A stretch of 58,784 nucleotides of DNA, the filler included, from Sphacelaria rigidula (Eukaryota), in assembly GCA_964200075.2 (NCBI GenBank). It is 7 parts of 7 records of this genome, joined end to end, with 100 filler letters (N's around TTAATTAATTAA, not from the genome) between each part and the next. Parts side by side here need not be neighbours in the genome. Positions count along the whole stretch, not along the records: positions 50,474 to 58,784 come from CAXNAA020011567.1; 6 more parts are not named here. One strand, given 5' to 3'. The stretch's first letter is position 1; each line of letters begins with the position of its first letter. This document shows, piece after piece, positions 52,675-58,784 of this stretch. Both the position numbers and the translations under genes were made by a program. The notes beneath the pieces are model-generated. The model ran no database searches and was not told the origin of the DNA. It saw only the letters and a program-made list of their open reading frames with translations.

Positions 52675-55540
52675 TCAGGCCGTCCGCGGGGCTGCCCCCC
52701 GCCTCCACGTCTTCCCCGACCCCGTCCCCGTTCCCGCCCTCTTCCTTCTGCTCCTCTCCGGCTCCTCCAGCTCCTCCAGCTCCTCCTCCTCCTCGTTCTT
52801 CGTGTCCCCCTCGTCTTCCGATTTTTCTTCCTCGTCCATTGGTGGTCCAGACGGCAGTCGACGTTTGCCGCCTCTCCTTCTTGTGCTGTCCGCCTGGACG
52901 TCGTCGTCGTCGTCGTCGTCTTCGTCATCATCGCTTGAAGAAGATCCATTGCCGTCGCTGGAGACCTCGCTTCCCTCCTCGGTGTCTTCGTCCTTGCTTA
53001 CGGCTGCAGTCTTATTCTTCCCTCGAACACCCACAACCCTGGCTCTTCCTCGTTCCCCCTTGCGTACGAGATGAGCTTGCAGCTTCTTGGTGACAGCTTT
53101 TTCTCCCTCCTCGCTCACAACAAAGCTAGCCATGAACTTTGCGCACTCTGTGTCCTTTTGCCTCAGAACAGATTCATGAGGGTGCAACTCACCCACGTGG
53201 CGTTTCATAGAGTATCACCATTCGACGTGGCCGTCGGGACAAAATATGCACTTCATCGGCGCGTTGGTGCACGGTGAGGTCGCAGTGGACTCAAGTGCTG
53301 AGGCCAACGTTATTGATGCCGACGAACCTTGGTCAGCAGGTTTCCTAGGCGCAAGTAGGCATCTAGAATGGATGCGTGGTGCTTTCGAGCCGGTCGATGG
53401 TTTGTGTATCCACGACTTGCAATCCTGGCGGCCACAGAAGCCGCAAATGCCGCTCTTCTGTAGGTTCTGTAAAATGATTGGAACGCAATAAGAAGTGGCG
53501 ATTTCAGGGGTCATAGTCGTACCTCCGAACGACCCACGAGAAGACTGTATGCAAAAACAAAGAAAGTATCACACACACCCTACAAGCACTTTACACTATA
53601 CCTCATTGCCCTCGGTGAGGATGTGACCCGATATGTAGTCGCATTTGGTCTGCCGGTATCTCCAAGGAACAGAGGGCGCGAGCGGCCTTCCCACCATTAT
53701 ATGATGTCGAGACTCCCTCCAACGACCCAGCTTCGACCGAGGTGTGAACCAGGTCGACATCTAGAGGTAGAGGTGGCGTCACGCTTGCTCGTGTGGTGCC
53801 GAGGGCCGGCACGGCACCCCATCCTTCGAGGCCGCCTACTGTGGATACCAACATCTCGTGTACCGTCTACAAATCTTCCTTGTCAAAGAGTATGTCAACT
53901 CTTCGGTCATTGCGGGGTTCAGCTCCACCGTCAACTTCAGAGGGCAGGCATAGGTGCGAGCGTACAACCGCCGGCTCTTCCACTTCATCTGTGAGTCATC
54001 TCCCCTATGGCCCAGTTCCATGAGACGACCCTTCACCACGTGTCCCCCGAACCCCCCGACGCGGTCGTCTGCGCTAGGTGGTGCACTAGCCGTCAGAACT
54101 CCAACATCATATGAGGTTGACTTCTTGTGTTGCGCCGGCAGTTTCAAAAGTGTGGCGAACGGGTCGCCGACCTGCATTGTCGAGAGGGCATCATCGTCAG
54201 TGGTGCATCCTGCGACACCATGGACTCTCTGACGCGCTGAAGTCGGTCCCACGAAGCTTTGTAACGTTACAGTCTAGTGTAGTGAGAGATCGCAGATGCC
54301 TTGTTCGCCTGCATCAATGTTCGGCGTTGGAGAAATGCAAGGATGAATTCAGTGGAACAAAAGATGGGCAGAGGTACATGGGAGGTGCAGATGGTTTCCT
54401 GCATGGAAAAAAATAAGCATCCTCGACCAGCCCGCAATCTCAGTGATCCCAAAGCAACTCGGCGGCCAATGTCGACCACACTTACATCGTTTCCGCCAAC
54501 TCTATGAAAATCTGGGAGTGCGGTGTGTCGACGTCGTTTGCCTCCAGCACCTGGTCGAGGTCCTCGTCGTCTGGGCCCCTTCATCCTCACCCGCCTGCGT
54601 AGTCGATGCGTTCTTGTCCTTTTCGGGGTGGGTGTCCTGGTCTCTGTCGTTCTCCGAACTGGCATCCTCGTCGGACGTAACATCGACTCCGGGCATGTCT
54701 CCCGCCGACCTAAATGTAGAGACAGCGAGGACGTGGAATCTTCACGATACGCTCGTATACGGAGACGACCGAGGAGGCAATGAGGAGGCTGCTACGAACA
54801 TGGTGAACGGTCAAACTGCCGTTTATGTATTTCTTTCAACCGGATCGACAACATTGGCGAGCACTGGACACGAGAATCGTAGTACCCACCCGAACGGCCT
54901 GAACATTGTGACACCCTCGCCGCCCCAGGCAATGAACACCAGCAGGCTGACGTCACTGAAGTCGGGGCGATGTTCCAGTATATCAACGGCGTCCGACCTC
55001 CTGTCATCCAGCAGTCGATCACAACCCCATTGCAAACGCCACAGTTCCCCGGGGCTTCCTCATTTGGGCCCCTGTTCAGCCATGCCCTGACATTCATGTG
55101 GTTGAGACTCTCGTTTAAACGGCGAGAGATCCGCTTCCAGTCGGAGTTTCTGTTGAAAGGTCCCTCCAGCGTAACCGCAGCACCGAAACGGTCACGTAGT
55201 TCCTTAGTGTCGAAGTCGCTACCGTGGGTCAGGGTTCTCGCCATGGCAAAAAGATTCTCGGGACCGTCCGTTCATCTTTGGCAAAGGAACATGGGCTCTG
55301 TTGGAATCTGATAAATATCTTGCAAGAAAGTTGACAAAAGAACAAAGACGACATTTTCCGAAAACATTTCCTCCGAGAGGTGTGGGGGGGTCTACGTGTC
55401 CGGAACATTTCTCCGCGCTGCCCCCGCATGTCCCATGTTCTTCAGTCCTCCGCCTGATCTTGGACAGGCCATCAATTTTGGGCGAGTGTCGAGTTTGAAC
55501 GCTCCGCCATAGTCGCGCTTCTTTCAATCCATATTGGGTT
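52675..55540 (-). pseudogene. Decayed large transposase-like gene with C-terminal Cys/His-rich domain and acidic/basic tail
   Basis: Colinear minus-strand fragments MARTLTHGSDFDTKELRDRFGAA..WKRISRRLNESLNHMNVRAW, ILEHRPDFS, QMRLHIGSH, CGFCGRQDC..SRC..SPCTNAPMKCIFC..W*YSMKRHVGELH and a D/E-rich tail. Several frameshifts and stops. Probable 57-bp intron at 53545-53601. Confidence 0.55.
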
Positions 55541-56350
55541 GCCCTTGTATATGTGTGTGGGAGGTCTGGCTTGTGATACGGGCTTCCCCCGCTAATTTAT
55601 TCAAGTAAATTCCGTCCCGGTACATGTTCAGTTTGCCGGAGCTCCATGTATGTGCCGCTTTTTGTACATACATAGGTGCGATTCGTCACACTCTGGTAAG
55701 AAAGGTGAAGTGGGAGCGAGCGCACGCAATCGTCCAGAGAAAACGCTTTGCTTGGTGTCCATGTATGCCGATTTATGAGCACGAAAACCGCGGAAAGTCT
55801 AAAACATACTACGTAGTAGGTGTTTCCGTTGTGGGTTCCTTGCCCTGGGAAAAACCAGGTTGAGCGCTTCATCGAGACCGTCTCTCATCGAGGTAGGGAT
55901 GATGCCGCGCGGTAGCTCTCCTCCATACCAGCCGCACAACTATCACGGCGAAAATGGGCGTACAGGGCATGATGCCTAATTTCAGACTTTATGGACCACT
56001 CATACGGGCGACAATGGCGAAAACGATCTCAAGCATGAGAGTGCCCAGCTGCTCGTTCGTTGTGCTCGGTTTATGCGAATTACATGTAAATTTTTCCTCC
56101 GCTAACCAGACATTTTTCGGGAGGGGGGGAGGACGGGGTACTCATGATCTTGCATGCCCCAGTCATATCACCTTTGACCTCGCGTCGTTACAAAGCCGGG
56201 ACGAAGCACGCCGGGCTTTCGTCGGGCAAGGGGGGACTATCGAGGTACACTTGTAGCAATGTATGTTTTCTCTCACCTGTTCGCTTTTCACCCCCCGTGA
56301 TTGGTCGGTGCAATGTACAATTCCTCAACAGTGGGAAAAAAATAATGGCC

Positions 56351-56987
56351 GCGCCCCGGTGGTGTAATGGTCCGACTGTCGCCATTAGAGTGGAGAGAAC
56401 GACACACGCGGCCATTTGACTACCCCTCCAAATGCCCCCAGAGGGATACGCGGCTCTTCAGAGGCAAAACAAACTTCCGGAGGCCTTGAATCGCTCCGGA
56501 GGAAACCTGAACACTACCTACCTGGAGGGCCGCGCACCCTTCCGGATGTATTTGGGGGTAGAAAAGTGCCGTCGAAGAGATGCGCGGCCCTCCAGAGGCA
56601 AAAACAAGCCTCAGGTGGCGTTTAATTCCTCTGGAGGAATAGAAAAACTCCTTTGGTTGGCCGCGCACCCCTCCGTAGGCGTGTCATTCCTCTGAAGGTT
56701 CGTAAAGTTGACCGACCTGGAGGAAGTTTTGGGGTAGCCAAGTGGCCCCCGTGTGGACGGTTCGGTTCTCGATGCCTTAGGTTTTCCCTCGCAATATCTG
56801 ATTTCCACCGTGAAAAGCGTGGGAACGTGAGTAGACAAAGTACTACTACTGCTGTAGTAGACGGAGTTCGTTTGATGGTGTGAGTTGACGCGGTGCGGGA
56901 GTGCTGATAGTCATGACCCAGTACGCGAGACCAAAATGCAAGGCGTGTACAAGGGGGGAGATGGGACGATCCCTTGAGACCACGGAC
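56351..56987 (+). mobile_element. tRNA-derived SINE interrupted by a MITE
   Basis: Head GCCCCGGTGGTGTAATGG at ~56353. The sequence resumes at CGGTTCGGTTC (~56758) and ends GAGACCACGGACT. Confidence 0.7.
56403..56755. mobile_element. CAC..GTG-ended MITE (CACTA/CMC-like) with 2-bp TSD
   Basis: TIRs CACACGCGGCCATTTGACTACCCC / GGGGTAGCCAAGTGGCCCCCGTGTG, flanked by GA on both sides. Internal CCTCC.GAGG-type sub-repeats. Absent from the other two SINE copies. Confidence 0.75.
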
Positions 56988-57754
56988 TTAGCACGATGAA
57001 GGGGCGGGGCTCAAAGTGCGACGAAAAAAAAAGGTATAGAATGCGACAGATGTCAAGAATTGCGCATAAGTTAAGAATTCTTGGCTTGTTTTTTTTAATC
57101 GAGAATCAGCGGGTAAGAATTTGTGCTGAACTCGAGGGGAAAATAAGATATAGAAATCGGAAAGTGCAAAGGGGGTCGGTAGGTAAGCCAGTCTTTTATG
57201 GCAGTCACCAATCTCGATTTTTTTGAGCATTGGCGGGAAAAAATCGGGGGAAGTATTTTATGAACCCCGATTTGGACCAAATCGGGGGAGAAAAATCGGG
57301 GGGTCACAATCTCAGAACGATTTCCCCCGATTTTTCGAAAAATCGGGGGCAAATCGCTCCGTTTTCGTGACCGCCCCCGATTTTGAGGACGCGACCTACG
57401 TGCATATTTACTGATCTTTGACGGTGATACTCAAACTCATGCGAGCACACTCTCGGCTGAAACGCGAGATACTAGACTGTATATCCATCATTAACGGTGA
57501 AACCCAAACTCTGCGCGTCAAAAAATTAAAAGGTCGGATGCATATATCACTTACGAGCTGGGCCGGCCTAGACGCCGATTTAAGCTCTCAAGGCAATATC
57601 TCATCGACACAGACGAGTTGGGCCGTGATCTGCATATCGTATTAAGTGTCTGATCATACGGAAGGTGCCATGTGATCAAAGGTCTGAGCCCACGTTCTCT
57701 CGTCGATTAAATCCCATGTCCAGTAATCCCTATACCGTACGGATATAGCGTCTA

Positions 57755-58643
57755 CAGGCTGGTTAACGGAAAATAAAACAAAAACACTCATCGGAAAAAG
57801 TTCACGTCGTTTTCAGGAGTTAGACCCTGAATGTTTGCACAGGTGATCTACGGATCATTACGCGACTTTCCACGGTAGAGTTTTTTTCTTAACCGTTTTT
57901 CCGGGGTCCCAATTTCTTCGGGGAAACTTCGATCCAATCGGACCCCCGTAGAACGGTAAAGAGAAAAAAACTCGTCCATTCACAGTTGCGTCATGACCCA
58001 TAGCATAGTTTTGAAAAATATCAGGATCTAACTCCTTCAAACGGCGTGAAGTTTTTCGCGTTTGTGCGATAAACCTCGCCATGCCAAGGTGAAACGGCAA
58101 ACTCCCAAATTTTAGTATGAAAATGGCGTTTTTTGGGTCTTCCTTGACGTGAACAGACATTTCAAGCAACAATTTACCGAGTGCGGCGACGAAACTTCGT
58201 GGAGTTCTTCCTTGGGTTTTGCGGCGACAGAGCGTTCGCGAAAACAATGAAAAAATACCGTACTGCCGGTTTTACAGGGTCCCAGAATGGACGACTTCGA
58301 AAAAACGACTTGGATCCCGTCGGACCCCCGAAAAACGGTAAAAAATCCAAGAATTAGAAAAACCTTGTTGATCGGAACTTGCGCAATGATTCAAAGCACA
58401 TTTGTGCAAAATGTAAGGGTCTAACTCCTAATAAATGCGCGAAGATTTGCGCGTTTGTGGGAAGATGTGAGCTTAACGTGCGAACTCCTTACTACTTCGT
58501 TAGAGTATGAAAACATATTTTTGGGTGAACTTTACGCCAAGGCACGAAATGTTTTTTTATTGTCTCCACCAAACTTCGTACATGTGTTCCCTGGATCATC
58601 CCGGGACGCATCATGTTATTATTTTTTCCCTTCAGTCCTTCTG
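57755..58643. mobile_element. ~890-bp Tc1/mariner-like MITE (copy of 9966-10846)
   Basis: TA|CAGGCTGG ... CTTCTG|TA. Directly abuts and truncates the 57552-57754 repeat. Confidence 0.7.
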
Positions 58644-58784
58644 TACCGCTTTTCGGGAGTCTTTGTACTAGGGCCCCCGGAAGCCGGTATAGAACGGAGA
58701 AACATTGAACCTTTGCAAGGGGCGGACAAATAATGATTCGTCTGGAAATTACTTGGTTTTAGTATGATGAGTCGACTCATGACG

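Noticed and set aside
52569-53093. Plus-strand Pro/Ser-rich ORFs
   Set aside because: Antisense of the acidic low-complexity tail of the minus-strand pseudogene.
8418-57405. Inverted repeats near 8.4 kb and 57.3 kb as the ends of one giant transposon
   Set aside because: They lie on different, artificially joined contigs.

Overview
Eukaryotic, intron- and repeat-rich DNA, most likely from a brown alga (Phaeophyceae; inferred from the intron style, gene content and a 5S-derived segment). The window is not one locus. It is seven contigs of 8313, 8312, 8312, 8312, 8312, 8312 and 8311 bp joined by identical 100-bp N/TTAATTAATTAA linkers, apparently sorted by size, so adjacency across gaps means nothing. 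Contig 1 holds a spliced UPF1/SEN1-like superfamily-1 helicase (6 exons seen, 3' end missing). Contig 3 is entirely an intronless segment of a giant Gly/Ser/Thr-rich repeat protein (about 2770 aa visible). It is built from 13-18-aa rungs grouped into 284/284/254-aa blocks, and carries one 1-nt frameshift. Contig 5 has two ABC1/AarF kinase exons, an RTE-like LINE relic and a 655-bp near-perfect hairpin between direct repeats. Contig 6 has three exons of a CLU-family gene, a deleted mariner element and a tandem array of fold-backs. Contig 7 has a decayed transposase-like gene with a Cys/His-rich domain. MITEs and SINEs are abundant, including a hAT-like MITE whose two arms each carry a 5S rRNA internal-promoter segment.
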